From: Leucoraja erinacea
Lineage: Eukaryota
DNA length: 64,000 bases
Assembly: GCF_028641065.1 (NCBI RefSeq)
Contig: NC_073399.1
Location: 4,774,001-4,838,000, forward strand
Direction of reading: 5' to 3'
In this document: piece by piece, positions 37,874-50,812 of the stretch
Layout: each line of letters begins with the position of its first letter
Numbering within the stretch: position 1 is the stretch's first letter
The notes under the pieces: generated by a model
Told to the model about the DNA's origin: nothing
Databases searched by the model: none
The model's input: only the letters and a program-made list of their open reading frames with translations
Translations under genes and position numbers: made by a program

Positions 37874-37995
37874 GCCTGGAAGCTGTTCCACGGACTTCCC
37901 ATGGACTTAAAATTCCAGGGCCATTACTGCTTTCAACTTGTACAAATAAAAAACAAAGCTCAGTAAAGAAAGCAATCCTCCAAGTGCAGACTCAC

Positions 37996-38105
37996 TTGAT
38001 ATGTCGCAGAATCTTCTGGCAATGACTGTGGTACTGATTCAACCAGTTCATGATCTGTGCTGGGCCCACAAGTGTAACCGGGCTGAAGGATTCACCCAGG
38101 GCAAC
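37996..38105 (-). CDS. ELAC2: ELAC2 exon 19 (110 bp)
   Basis: VALGESFSPVTLVGPAQIMNWLNQYHSHCQKILRHI; donor GTgagt; acceptor duplicated upstream (see findings). Confidence 0.9.
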
Positions 38106-38114
38106 CTGGAAATA

Positions 38115-38222
38115 GAACATGTGTTTAAGAAGGAACTGCAGATGCTGGAAAATCGAAGGTACACAAAAATGCTGGAGAAACTCAGCTGCACCCGCTGAGT
38201 TTCTCCAGCATTTTTGTGTACA
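38115..38222. mobile_element. Penelope-derived foldback insertion at the ELAC2 exon 19 acceptor
   Basis: TSD ctggaaata (38106-14 / 38223-31); perfect 28-bp stem 38159-86 / 38194-221. Confidence 0.9.
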
Positions 38223-39602
38223 CTGGAAATAATTCCTGTCAACAGGGGTCAAAACAAAACAGCAATGTACAGATGTAAGCGGACAATGTTTTTAAAGGTT
38301 GGCAGCAACATCATGGAACAAGGGACAGAAAGCAGGGTAGAGATACAAGGAACTGTAGATGCTGGAATCATCTGCACTTCCTTGAGCCTAGTTGTCAATA
38401 GCTATTCTTGGAATGAGATGATAGATACAGCAGCTCAGTTCTGGGACCATTGCTCATTCCAGGCATAATAGTAACACAAACTTGGTAATACAGAGAGAAT
38501 ACTTTCACAGTTTACTGATGTAAAGCTTGGCTACCTAACCCAAGCCTACCTACACATGCTATGTTTGGGTTGTGTTGGTTTTGGTTCAGGTTGGCTAAGA
38601 TGAGTGTTTTCCCCAGGTCCTTAGGTCCCCAGCTCCGCAAATAGCTGAGCATCTTGGACAACACAGCTCACCCACATCATGACACACTGGTCAACCTGAG
38701 GAGTACCTTCAGCCACAGACTGGTTCCACCAAGATGCAGTCTTCCCTGTGGCTATCAAATTGTACAACTCCTCCCCCTTCTGTCGTGGGGTAGACTGAGA
38801 CTGATGCTCGTCCCACTCCCCAATCTTTGCACACCCCCCAATCCTTTCCACTCGTCACTTTAATTTCATGTACCTTGTGTTGTTTTAGGACCGTTTGCAG
38901 ATCAATTTCTCTCCTGGGATAAGTAAAGTTCTGTTGTATTGTTTCGTATCACACTGTAGGTCAGGGCAATTGCCCAGATGCTATGTGTGCCATCCATGCC
39001 TCGAGAAACACACCTGCTTCTCCTTAAACGGCTTATGGTTAAGACTGATACAGTTATCGCAGGAATCAGATCAGTTATGGAAACAAAGTACTTTCAGTCT
39101 GAAGAAGGGTCTCGCCCTGAAACATCACCCATTTGCTTCTCTCCAGAGATGCTGCCTGTCCCGCTGAGTTACTCCAGCATTTTGTGTCCATCTATAAATA
39201 CTTGTGCTCGAGTTAGGTGTTAACTTTGCATCCGCACAGAACTCAATACTGAATAGACACCAACAGCAAATAGGCCCGAAAGGTCAACCATTCTTTCTCT
39301 CCAGAGATGCTGCATGGCCCGCTATGTTACTCTAGCTTTTTGTGTCTATCTTCGATTTAAACCAGCTACACTCTGAATCAAATATACTAGAGCAAGACTC
39401 TGAATCCTAAAGCCAATTTTATTTTTTGCTTTTCACTGTTCTGTTGGAATGTGTTAAACCAAAGACATTTACTGTTTTTCTCTCTGCAAATGCTGCCTGT
39501 TCTTCAGAGTGATCCAAACATTTGTTTAATGCAATCTTTAATTGTGCACATGTGTGTTGGATAATAAAAAAATTAAATAATCGAAAATAGGGTTTAACTT
39601 AC

Positions 39603-39641
39603 CAAAGCCTTTTCTCGTTCCAACAATATATTTATCAGGCC
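39603..39641 (-). CDS. ELAC2: ELAC2 exon 18 (39 bp)
   Basis: ttgcAG|GLINILLEREKAL|GTaagt. Confidence 0.9.
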
Positions 39642-39954
39642 CTGCAACATAACAAGATGTTACTATGGAAACAGTAAATTGTAACAATGCACTGTCTCCT
39701 CGCTCTCTCCTTGGGCAGGAGGTACCATGTAAAATCCCCTCAGCTCCCACCCAATCTAGGCAGGAATTTAAAGCAGCACATCAGAGGAGTTTACTGGAAG
39801 TTACACACAAGAGACGGCAGATGCTTGAATCCTCAGCAAAAAATAAACTCCTGGAGGAACACAGCAAGTCAGTGGAGGGAAATGCACAGATAGTAGGGAT
39901 CTGAAAATGATCTTCTTCAGAATAGGATTTACTATCATTTGGAAGAGACTGGTA

Positions 39955-40441
39955 TAACAAAAATTGTCAATTCTTAAGTGGCCAAGTCAATCACCCGATC
40001 TGAAGTCAATTGAGCATGCCTTTTATATATGCTGATGGAAAAACTGATGGGGACTATCCCCCAAAACAAGCATAAGCTAAAGATGGCTGCAACACAGGCC
40101 TGGCAGAGCATCACCAGAGAAGACACCCAGCAACTGGTGATGTCCATGAATCGCAGACTTCAAGCAGTCACTGAACGCAAAGGATATGCAACAAAATACT
40201 AAACATGACTACTTTCATCTACATTACATTGCTGTGTCCTAAACATTATGGTGCCCTGAAATGGGGGGGACTAGGTATAAACACTGCTGTAATTTCTACA
40301 TGGTGAAACCAAAATGTGTAAAAATGGCCTTTATTAAAATCTGACAATGAGCACTTTAGCCACATGTGATTTTTTTTTTCGAATACAAATCTCAAATTGT
40401 GGAGTACAGAGGCAAATAAATAAATGATAGGTCTTTGTCCC
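39955..40441 (+). mobile_element. Second Tc1 family: transposase C-terminus and right TIR
   Basis: WPSQSPDLKSIEHAF...RRLQAVTERKGYATKY-stop followed by long TIR. Confidence 0.85.
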
Positions 40442-40741
40442 CATCTTCAGATAATAGGCAACGTTTCGGGCCAAAACCCTTCTTCGAAACCCTTCTTCAC
40501 AGCAGTCTGAAGAAGGGTTTCAGCCCGAAACGTTGCCTATTTCCTTCGCTCCATAGATGCTGCTGCACCGTTGAGTTTCTCCAGCACCTTCGTCTACCAT
40601 GAGAGATCTATAGACAAACAATTTACCAAAGCCACCCTTCCTCATCTCTAGTGCAATAAATCCAGAAAAGGCCAAGTTAGTTATATTATTGAAGCAGAGC
40701 TTGAACATGAAACAGGCAGAAATAATACTGCTAATACTCAC

Positions 40742-40880
40742 TGTGTGATGATCAGCATGCATGTGGGACACAAAGATGGCTGACAAATTACAGAGGACCC
40801 TGTCCACATCATTACCATAGTGGCGACAGAGTTGTCCAAAGGTGCCTTCACCGCAGTCCAATAATATTGATCGTGTGGAG
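40742..40880 (-). CDS. ELAC2: ELAC2 exon 17 (139 bp), metal-binding motif II
   Basis: [19 protein letters not shown]...[12 protein letters not shown] (HxHxDH). Confidence 0.97.
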
Positions 40881-41211
40881 CTAATACAGTGCAAAACACA
40901 AATCACGGAGATGATACTTGTAATATTACCGCAACTGTTTTTATCCCCATCTTACTCTCTTCAAGAGAAATTTCCTAATCTCATTCCTTTTCTTCAGATC
41001 ATCAGCAAAACAAATCACAAATTCTAGCGCACTTTTTGGGTCACAGATAAGAGAAATTTCACTGAGCTCAAATTCAGGCAGAGTCCTTACCAGGGGCAAA
41101 ACTAACACAAATTTTATTTTATAAAAATAGGTGCATTCATGCATTTAAATAACCACTTTAACATCATAAAAACAGCCATAGTCACCTTACACATGAATCA
41201 TAAGGAACATC

Positions 41212-41608
41212 AAGAGGATGAGGGGCGATGTTATAGAAACATATACAATTATAAAAGGACTGGACAAGCCAGATGCAGGAAAAATGTTCCCAATGTTGGG
41301 CGAGTCCAGAACCAGGGGCCGCAGTCTTAGAATAAAGGGGAGGTCATTTAAGACTGAGGTGAGAAAAAACTTTTTCACCCAGAGAGTTGTGAATTTATGG
41401 AATTCCCTGCCACAGAGGGCAGTGGAGCCCAAGTCACTGGATGGATTTAAGAGAGAGTTAGATAGAGCTCTAGGGGCTGGTGGGATCAAGGGATATGGGG
41501 AGAAGGCAGGCACGGGTTATTGATAGGGGACGATCAGCCATGATCAATATGAATGGCGGTGCTGGCTCGAAGGGCCGAATGGCCTCCTCCTGCGCCTATT
41601 TTCTATGA
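41212..41608 (+). mobile_element. CR1 LINE 3' end; inverted relative at about 42421-42700 on the other side of ELAC2 exon 16
   Basis: MRGDVIETYTIIKGLDK...; reverse-complement similarity. Confidence 0.85.
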
Positions 41609-41746
41609 CCAAAGCTTGCTTGAAAATTAAAATAAAGAATATAAAACATAAATAAGATTCTTGTCAATTGACAACAGAATGCTTTCTTCTCAACTTACAG
41701 CCCTTCTATTGATTAAAGCTGCCATGATCAATTGAAACAGACTTAC

Positions 41747-41843
41747 TCTATGTTTAGAATGATGGAGCTAACATTTCGGATCTTCATGGGGATCGCAGAG
41801 CCCGTTCCAAGGAAAACGACCTCTGGATATTTGTCAACATTAT
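41747..41843 (-). CDS. ELAC2: ELAC2 exon 16 (97 bp)
   Basis: [28 protein letters not shown] (PxKxRN loop). Confidence 0.96.
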
Positions 41844-43169
41844 CTGGTAATACAAGTCAAAGATAAATTAACTCCCAATATCAATGACTAGTAAATCTGA
41901 ACAGTTGAAAAACACATGGACATTTGTATTTAAATGTACATAAAAGGAAGATTACATTGCAAACCATAGTACAAAAGTACATCTAATGCAAATGAAGTTT
42001 CCAAGATTCCAAATACCTGGCATTTAAATTAATTCCATATATCCTGAAAACCTATTCAGTCCATTAGATCTGTGTTAGCTCAGTCATCCCATTCCCCTAT
42101 AAATGGTCATGTAATGTAATCTCCCCACATCCACATTAATTATACAGCACCAACACGGCGGCTGGGTCAATTTACCGTGGCTAATTAATGTACCAACTCA
42201 CGTCTTTGCGGTGTGGGAGGAAGGTTTATGTTGAAGTACAGAGAAAAAGCGTTGTTTTGCATGCTATCCAAACAGATCAGATATACCATACATATATACA
42301 ATCAAGACAAACTCAAGTACAATAAATAGAGCAAAGGGGAAGATACAGGGTGCAGAATGTAATTCTCAGCACATTATAGCGCATCAGTTCCATAGACAAA
42401 GTCCGATGTCAACAATAGGGAAACATAGAAACATAGGTGCAGGAGGAGGCCATTCGTCCCTTCGAGCCAGCACCGCCATTCATTGTGATCATGGCTGATC
42501 CTCCCCCTATCAATAACCCATGCCTGCCTTCCACCCATATCCCTTGACTCCACTAGCCCCTAGAGCTCTCTCTTAAATCCATCCAGTGATTTGGCCTCCA
42601 CTGCCCTCTGTGGCAGGGAATTCCATAAATTCACAGCTCTCTGGGAGAAAACGTTTTTTCTCACCTCAGTCTTAAATGACCTCCCCTTTATTCTAAGGCT
42701 GTGGGACGAGATGAATCGAACAGTATCCTGGTAGGACTGTTCAGAAGCCCAATAATAGAGGGGAAGAAGCTGTTCCTGAGTCTGGTTGTGAGCACTTTCA
42801 AGCGTCAGAATCTTCTGCTGAACGAGAACAGGGAGAAGAAGGAACGGCCGAGGTGGAACAAGTTTTTGATTATATTGACCACTTTCCCCAGAGAGAAACC
42901 CATAGTGTCACAGAGAGATTGTGCAAACTTCTCACAGACAGGAGATCAGGACTCAAGCCTACAGCTGTACCACCCTTATCTTAAATAAAAACAGAAAAAG
43001 CTCAGCAGTGGGTGCACGATCTGGGAACATCTTTGGAGAAAGTTCATGTTTCAGTTGCATGACACTTCATCAAAATGGGAAAAAGTCAAAAAGGTAACGA
43101 GGATTAGCAGGCACTGCATTTGGGATAGAGGAGGGAAGAACGTCAGAGATGAGGTGGAAAACAAAAGGT

Positions 43170-43533
43170 CATATAAGATTATTAAGGGTTTGGACACACT
43201 GGAGGCAGGAAACATATTCCCGATGTTGGGGGCGTCCAGAACCAGGGACCACAGTTTAAGAACAAGGGGTAAGCCATTTAGAACGGAGACGAGGAAACAC
43301 TTTTTCTTACAGAGAGTTGTGGCTGTGTGGAATTCTCTGCCTCAGAGGGCAGTGGAGGCAGGTTCTCTGGATGCTTTCAAGAGAGAGCTAGATAGGGCTC
43401 TTATAAATAGCGGAGTCAGGGAATATGGGGAAAAGGCAGGAACGGGGTACTGATTGGGAATGATCAGCCATGATCACAATGAATGGCGGTGCTGGCTCGA
43501 AGGGCCGAATGGACTACTCCTACACCTATTGTC
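43170..43533 (+). mobile_element. CR1 LINE 3' end
   Basis: YKIIKGLDTLEAGNIFPMLG...WNSLPQRAVEA. Confidence 0.85.
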
Positions 43534-44019
43534 ATGAAAGGAGAAAAGGGCAGTGATGCAAGGCAATGAATATGGTGAAATGCATTGACCCAGAGCATGA
43601 CGCAGAGGCAATAAGACTGATTAACGGACTTTGTCCCCCTCCCAAAATATCGCTCACCAACACATCCAACCCCGCCCATACTTTGACAGTTAGGCACCTG
43701 TCAAAGTAAAGCCACTGTAAAGCCACTGTCGATCAGAATGTCTGTTTTTATCATATTGTTAATTTTAGGCCTACTTTCTGTTGTAAACACGGTAATTTTA
43801 ATTTGTTTTTAAAGCTCTATGTATTTATCCTTTTTTTATTTATACACTGAATGGAAACTGATCAAGCAGCGTTTTTTCGTTTCCTCTGTGTATGCGAGTA
43901 CTCAGTGAAAATGATATTAAAGAAATACTGGACTCAGCTGGTTCAGTATTTTTTAATGAATATATGTAAAGACTAATTATTAGCCCATCTGCTTTAGTTG
44001 TTTAATATTTGATTTTTTT

Positions 44020-44255
44020 TTAGTTCACAGCTCGGGAACAGGCCCTTCAGCCCACCGAATCCGCATCGACCAGTGACACTACCTATACACATTAGGGACA
44101 ATTTTGCACTTATACCAAGCCAATTTACCTACAAACCTGCGCGTCTTTGGAGCGTGCGAGATCACGGGGAGAACGTGCAAACTCCGTAAAGACAGCACCC
44201 GTGGTCGGGATGGAAGCCAGGTGTCTGGAGCTGTAAGGCAGCAACTCTACCATTG
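44020..44255 (-). mobile_element. HE1-like V-SINE, degraded
   Basis: Similarity to other copies in the window. Confidence 0.7.
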
Positions 44256-44749
44256 TGTCACATTGTATAGCGGTGTTACAGCATCGATGCAAACTGGTTA
44301 ACAGAAATGCCAGAATAAAGTGCGCTCACTGCCGGTGTTTAAATAATAGCCTTCTCCTGCCTAAACATACAAGTTCCCCGAGGAACAACTTACTATTGAA
44401 CGATGAAGGAACCAGACCACAGTACTTCCCAGACAGGAGTTCCCAAAGCACCTGGGAAATCTCTGCTCACTCTTGTGAAAGTGGCGCTCGGTGATATTGT
44501 TTAATGACTGCATTTGCCATCCCAGAAGATCAGGAATAAACAGACTAGCCACAAAGCAAGTTAATGTAATCTGAAGGTGGGGAACCACTGGAGCAGTTAA
44601 GGTAGCCATGCATTTAATTATTTCAACCCAGTCCAGGTACACCCCAGGGGAAAAAAACCAGCACGGCAGATTAATAGAACCAGGGAGGAATGTTTCTAAA
44701 CAGAGACTTCCTTTTCAAATTTAATAATCCAACATTTGCAATGATTTAC

Positions 44750-44871
44750 CTGATGGAAGAGCAGGGTTTGCAGCTAATACTCGCTTGCACTCTTCAACCT
44801 GTGCCATGAAGCCTGGGATTTCCATTGCCTCATTAATAAATTCCTTTGTGTCAACTTCAACCACAGCATCC
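44750..44871 (-). CDS. ELAC2: ELAC2 exon 15 (122 bp)
   Basis: DAVVEVDTKEFINEAMEIPGFMAQVEECKRVLAANPALPS; AG/GT, phase consistent. Confidence 0.9.
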
Positions 44872-46168
44872 CTGCTTGAACAAAGTGGAGAAAATGCAGC
44901 TGAAAATCAGTCATGCAGGAGGGGAAATATTTGTTTAACTAGTCAGCCATTTCCTTGTTCCCCATTATAAATGCACCTGTTTCTAACTGTAAGGGACCTA
45001 CATTTGTCTTCACTAATCCTTTCCTCCTAATCTTTTCCTCTTCACATATCCATAGAAGCTTTTACAGTCAATTTCCTGTTAATATTCCCCGCTATTTATG
45101 CCCCTTGAATTTTACATACTGATCCACCACCGATTTTCCAGTAACTGGTGGTTTACCACCTCTTTTAATCTGGACAGAATTACAGGAGCGCACTTGAACC
45201 CTCCCTCCACTTATCTTCCCCATTCATGGCAGCCACTTAAATGGAGGCACACATTCCCCCAGTCTCACCCGTGGCTATCGATGATGCAACTATCTCGACC
45301 AATAGTCCCACAATTACTTCCCTTGCTTTCCACGATGTTCGAGGATACACTTGATCAGGTCCCAAGTATTATTTACCTTTATGTGTTTTAAGAACTCCAG
45401 CATCTCTTCTTCAGTCATGTGGACTCTCTTCAAGGGAAAGAGGGTTTTGTAATGACCTAAAGTTGGTGGTCAATGTTCATTGCAATGGGTCCTAAGCTAC
45501 TCAAGGGGAATGAATGGGAGGTTCAATTTGTGTGTGGCCTCATTCTGGCAATGGAGGAGGCCCAGGACAAAATGGTCAGTACGGGAATGGGAAATGGAAT
45601 TAAAAAGGTTAGCGACGGGGAGATCCAGCAGGCCTTGGCGGAGAGCGAGCGCAAGTGTTGGTGAAATGGTCGGCTAGTCTACACGTGGATGAGTAAACTG
45701 TTTATCTGTTACTCCACTGTTCTCTGCTACTCCAAAATGACAAACATACAATGAACAGCACAACAACAGGCCATTTAAGGCAACTAGTCATGACTGGTGG
45801 CAATGCTTGTACAGCCCCTATACTCGTTCATTAACTCACTTGATCTCAGCTACTTTGACCTGAAATAGGGGATGGAGGCAGCTAAGACCACCCGAGGCAG
45901 CAAGTCCCACATTTCAGCTGCTCCTTAATTATATTATTCTATTGCAATTGTCCTTTGCAAATTATTCATTTCGCCATTTGCCTTCTAGATTTGGTTCAGG
46001 TTCTAATCAGAAGTTTCTGAATGAAAACACCATTGAAGGATGAGTCACAAGTTCCCAAACAAATGTATAAATGGGAAGTGCTCAGCTCCCTTGGTTTCAC
46101 AGACTGTTTATATGCCATCAGTTCTGGTGAACAACCACAGTAAATATATCTAACTTACATGAACTGAC

Positions 46169-46254
46169 CTTTGCCATTCAAATTTGGGCCGTAGTTGATA
46201 CTTTAGCAGACAGTGTCCTCGAACTATTGGCACAGAGAGGGAGGCAGGCTCGTC
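46169..46254 (-). CDS. ELAC2: ELAC2 exon 14 (86 bp)
   Basis: DEPASLSVPIVRGHCLLKYQLRPKFEWQ. Confidence 0.93.
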
Positions 46255-46729
46255 CTGTAATCAAAAGGAAGTTTGCCACACACGTGCATTATTCTTTACA
46301 ATCTGCTTAACGATTATGAACTAGAATGGTACTAGAAATTTACAAAGACCACATGCAAAAATAAATGTGAACAGTTAATACAACCATGAATTAATAATTA
46401 GCCCCTAATAACCCAAGCTGGAAGAACAATATAATCGCAGTTACACTTCTGTAATTTGATTCCATTAAACTTTACAAAACCAAATGTCCAGGAGTAAGAT
46501 TGGACAACACTGGACGGAGGACACCGGTCCAATGTTAACTTTGTAATCATTCCAGTGACTTGCCTACATTATGGTGGAGAGAGGCCAACACAGCAGCTCA
46601 GTGGAGGGCAAGCAGCAAACATGACAACTATAAACATGGAGCTCTCAAAGTTGCAGTCAGCTCCATGGACCAGGTTGGCAAGAGCCGAATTACTAATGCA
46701 AAACCCAAACCTTTGAATCATGTACCTAC

Positions 46730-46868
46730 CTTGGTCTGAAAGGTTTTCAATAGCGGGAAGATGTCCGAATGAATAAGGTTGAGTTGCGTCTGGATTTTAT
46801 GGCTACGCAGATTGTGAACGGTTTGATTATTTTCATTGAGGATTAGGTGTTCTGTGGTCGGCCCAAAC
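46730..46868 (-). CDS. ELAC2: ELAC2 exon 13 (139 bp)
   Basis: [40 protein letters not shown]. Confidence 0.95.
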
Positions 46869-47951
46869 CTGTGGTGAGGTTAAAAAACATGATGCTGAAA
46901 TGAACAAAGAAATGAAACATGCACACTCACAATTAAAACTTCAATAGGGATGAGGTCATGTAGGTATACATCAAGTTCCAGAAACAATTTCAAACTGCAT
47001 TCCTGATTTTTGAACAAAGAGTCTCAAGTTCCATAGAATAACATAGCACATTTAAAATAAGGTCAAGTTAAACCAATCTCCTCTGCATGCGTGTGATCTA
47101 TTTACCTCCATTCCCTGCATAGCCATGTGTCCTTCTAAAAGCCGCTAAAATACCACTATCATATCTGCTTCCACTACCACCCCTAGTAGCGCGTTGAAGT
47201 GTCTTGGCCACATTTCTCCTCTAAAGTTTTCCCCTTTGACCATAAAGCTATACGCACTATCTTTGACATTTCCGCCGTAGAGAAAAGTTTCTGACCATCT
47301 ATCCTATCATAACTGTTTCTGCTTCCATCAGGTCTCCGCTCAGCTCCATTGAAAACGATCAGTTTGACCAGCCTCTCCTTTTTGCCAACATGCAGGCAGC
47401 ATCCTCAGAAGCCTCTTCTGCACTCTTTCTAAATCTAAAACAACCCCTTTAAAACATAGTGCACTGTTCACTGAGCCAAGCTGACAATACAACCCCTTTG
47501 AGCATTTCAGGAGTAAACTCCCAAGCCCACCAGACTGCTTCATGGACACATCACAGCAGGAACGTTTCAGAAACAATTGCAAGAGTGCACACTTGAATTA
47601 TTTTAAAATTTAAAATACTTACAACGCTGAACAGAAGATTTCACAAACACAAAATATAAACTGAGCTCTGTATTACGGGACCCAGAACAGTAACACAGAG
47701 TACAATATGGACAATAAATTTCAAGGAATTATTGACTCATTGCAGTTCCAGATTTCCAAACATCGATTAATGGGAAGAATATAACGAGGAATGGAGTAAA
47801 TAAATAACTCAGTGTTGCAAGTAACCCCAAGGCAACTTTTGCGTTGATATTTATTTCTTGGTTGAGTAATGACTAGTCCCTTAACCCCATACAGCAACTC
47901 GATGGCACTGTAAGTGTGTACGTACAGCAGGCTTCACAAAAATGTAATCAC

Positions 47952-48050
47952 CTTGCCATCCACGACTTATACACATTGTCTGCCAAAACCGCCTCAGGCA
48001 CCATGTGGACCACTAATGCAGTGGGGCCTTCACTCCCACCAGCCAGATAC
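47952..48050 (-). CDS. ELAC2: ELAC2 exon 12 (99 bp)
   Basis: YLAGGSEGPTALVVHMVPEAVLADNVYKSWMA. Confidence 0.92.
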
Positions 48051-50024
48051 CTGGAATAAATAAATTGTAATAAGATCAATGGAGGGAAGAGAAAAGAATG
48101 TTGTTTTACTAAATTATAAGTCCTTTGCCCAAGCAGTGCACAGTTGGAGTAAAACCGCATACCATTTTGAAGACACATCAAGTGGTACTTTCCAAATGCC
48201 AGCCAATTCTTACAAGGGAGGTGATCAAGCCGTCAAGCAAACCCCATGGCAAAACTTGGTACAACTTTTCTAATCTCCATTGATTGAGGAAGGAAGCACC
48301 CCAGGCCAAACACCAGAAAAATAATGCATTTGTCCATGATGGATGTATTCTACAGTAGGAGAGATCAGTTACAAACTAGTCTGTGATGGATAGTGACTAT
48401 TAGCACAGAGAGTGGTGGGTTTCTGGAATGTGCTGCCATGGGGGGGGGGGGGGTGGTGGTAGAGGCAGGTTTGATAGTGGTATTTAAGAGGCTTTTGGAT
48501 AAGCATTTGTATATGCAGGGATTGGAGGGATTATGGATCAAATGCAGGCAGAGATGAGTTTAACATGGCATCATGTTTAGCACGGACATAGTGGGCTGAA
48601 GGGCCTGTTCCTGTGTTGGAAGGAACTGCGGATACTGGTTGAAACGCAAGATAGACACAAAAAGCTGGAGTAACTCAGTGGTTCAGACAGCATCCCTGAA
48701 GAAAAGGAATAGGTGACGTTTCGGGTTAAGACCCTTCTTCAGTCTAAGGGGAAAGGGAAACGAGAGATATAGATGGTGATATAGGGAGATATAGCAGAAA
48801 TGTGAATGAATGATATGCAAAAAAGTAATGATGATGAAGGAAATAGGCCATTGTAAGCCGTGGGCCCAGTTACATACAACCTGCTCCTGTACTGTCCTGT
48901 TCAATAACGTTTGTAAGCCATGCAAGTTGGTAAGCCATGTTTTGGAATCAATATTTCAGCAACATAGATACAATGGAAGAAACAGGATTTATTGCATTCT
49001 TTTAGTTCTCTTTGCATGTGGCTCACATGCTTGAGAAATAGAAGTTTGCTGATATTTATTCACACTAAAGAAAGAGGGCGACATTAAAGAGCAAATTACA
49101 GGGATAAAACACTTGGAAAGGCGTGGGATAATCAATGTCAGCCAGAATGGATTTCTTACAACCAACTAACTTCACTGAATTGGTAAATCACAGGGAGAAC
49201 TGATCAAAGTAGCACAATAAATTATATATCTATGGACTTTTGGAAGCCATTTGAATAATTGACATGAAGGAGACTTTAAGAAAGTGGAAGGCCATGGGAT
49301 TAGGGAAAATAACAGTATTGTGTGAAATAACCCCTTTTAAATTATTAAAATACTAAAACTGATTAAAAAATTCTATACGTTTTTACAATATTTTTGTGCT
49401 CTATTTACGCAGTTTAATAGAAATTCAGTTGCTAACTGTGATGAGGTTCTGTGCATGCACACATCCATACATTATGGAATTATGACATGAACACGTCCCG
49501 TGGCATGTGTAGTTACATTCATGTGCTTAGCATGATTGTCACTAGCTATGTGATTTCCAATTGTTCCTACATGATTATAAACGGTGTACATCATTAATCA
49601 TAGAAGAAAGACTTAATCAGACTGTCAAGCCATGGAACTGGCCCATTCATGCTTGAATGATGAAGAGTCTGAGCCCTTCTTCTTTAAAGCCAGTTTCCGT
49701 TTCCTCAAAATCTTTTATAGTCGGTCAACGAACTGCCGTCAGGAATTAATGTCCCTTATTTTGACTTTTTGTCCCTTATTTGGGAGTGAGAAAGTTGGCA
49801 ACCCTACCTGAGACTGAACACGAATGTTCTTTCAGGGCCATGAGATGCACATGGATTCAATGGCCTCCTAGTCGCAAGTCTGTCTAACGGCATTTACTGA
49901 GTGTGGAGTTTAACAACCTCAACGCTTTCATCAGAGAACATCCAACAAGTAATGCATCAGTTCTATATTCTCCACCGAGCAAGCTATTTATTGACAAATG
50001 TTTAGAAGATAATGAGTAACTAAC

Positions 50025-50137
50025 TTTTGGAGCTGTTCGTTCTCACACACGGGTTGGATAAACTCCCGACTGGGACATTCCAATACAAGGAAAGTGGGCC
50101 CCGGATCAGCAGGCGTGCACACTTCTTCCGGTCTGAT
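50025..50137 (-). CDS. ELAC2: ELAC2 exon 11 (113 bp)
   Basis: IRPEEVCTPADPGPTFLVLECPSREFIQPVCENEQLQ. Confidence 0.94.
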
Positions 50138-50193
50138 CTGCAAAACATATGGATAGCTCAGGTGTGCAAGCAACGGCATTACCTTGCATCTAC

Positions 50194-50812
50194 TCAGCAT
50201 TGAATATAGAAGCTGGGATGTAATGTTAAAATTGTACAAGGCATTGGCGAGACCAATTCTGGAGTATGGTGTACCATTTTGGTCGTCCAATTATAGGAAG
50301 GATATCAACAAAATAGAGAGAGTACAGAGGAGATTTGCTAGAATGTTGCCTGGGTTTCAACAACTAAGTTACAGAGAAAGGTTGAATAAGTTAGGTCTTT
50401 ATTCTCTGGAGCGCAGAAGGTTAAGGGGGGACTTGATGGAGGTCTTTAAAATGATGAGGGGATAGACAGAGTTGATGTGAACAAGCTTTACCCTTTGAGA
50501 ATAGGGAAGATTCAAACAAGAGGACATGACTTCAGAATTAAGGGACAGAAGTTTAGGGGTAACATGAGGGGGAACTTCTTTACTCAAGAGAGTGGTAGCA
50601 GTGTGGAATGAGCTTCCAGTGGAAGTGGTGGAGGCAGGTTTGTTGGTGTCATTTAAAAATAAATTGGATAGGCATATGGATGAGAGGGGAATGGAGGGTT
50701 ATGGTATGAGTGCAGGCAGGTGGGACTAAGGGAAAAAAGTTGTTCGGCACAGACTTGTAGGGCCGAGATGGCCTGTTTCCGTGCTGTAATTGTTATATGG
50801 TTATATGTTATA
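50194..50812 (+). mobile_element. CR1 LINE 3' end
   Basis: LKLYKALARPILEYGVPFWS...RRRLRGDLMEVFK. Confidence 0.9.

Noticed and set aside
24687-40441. Composite Tc1 transposon capturing ELAC2 exons 18-24
   Set aside because: Both TIR pieces lack true termini or TSDs, and ELAC2 exon order and phase continue unbroken across the boundary
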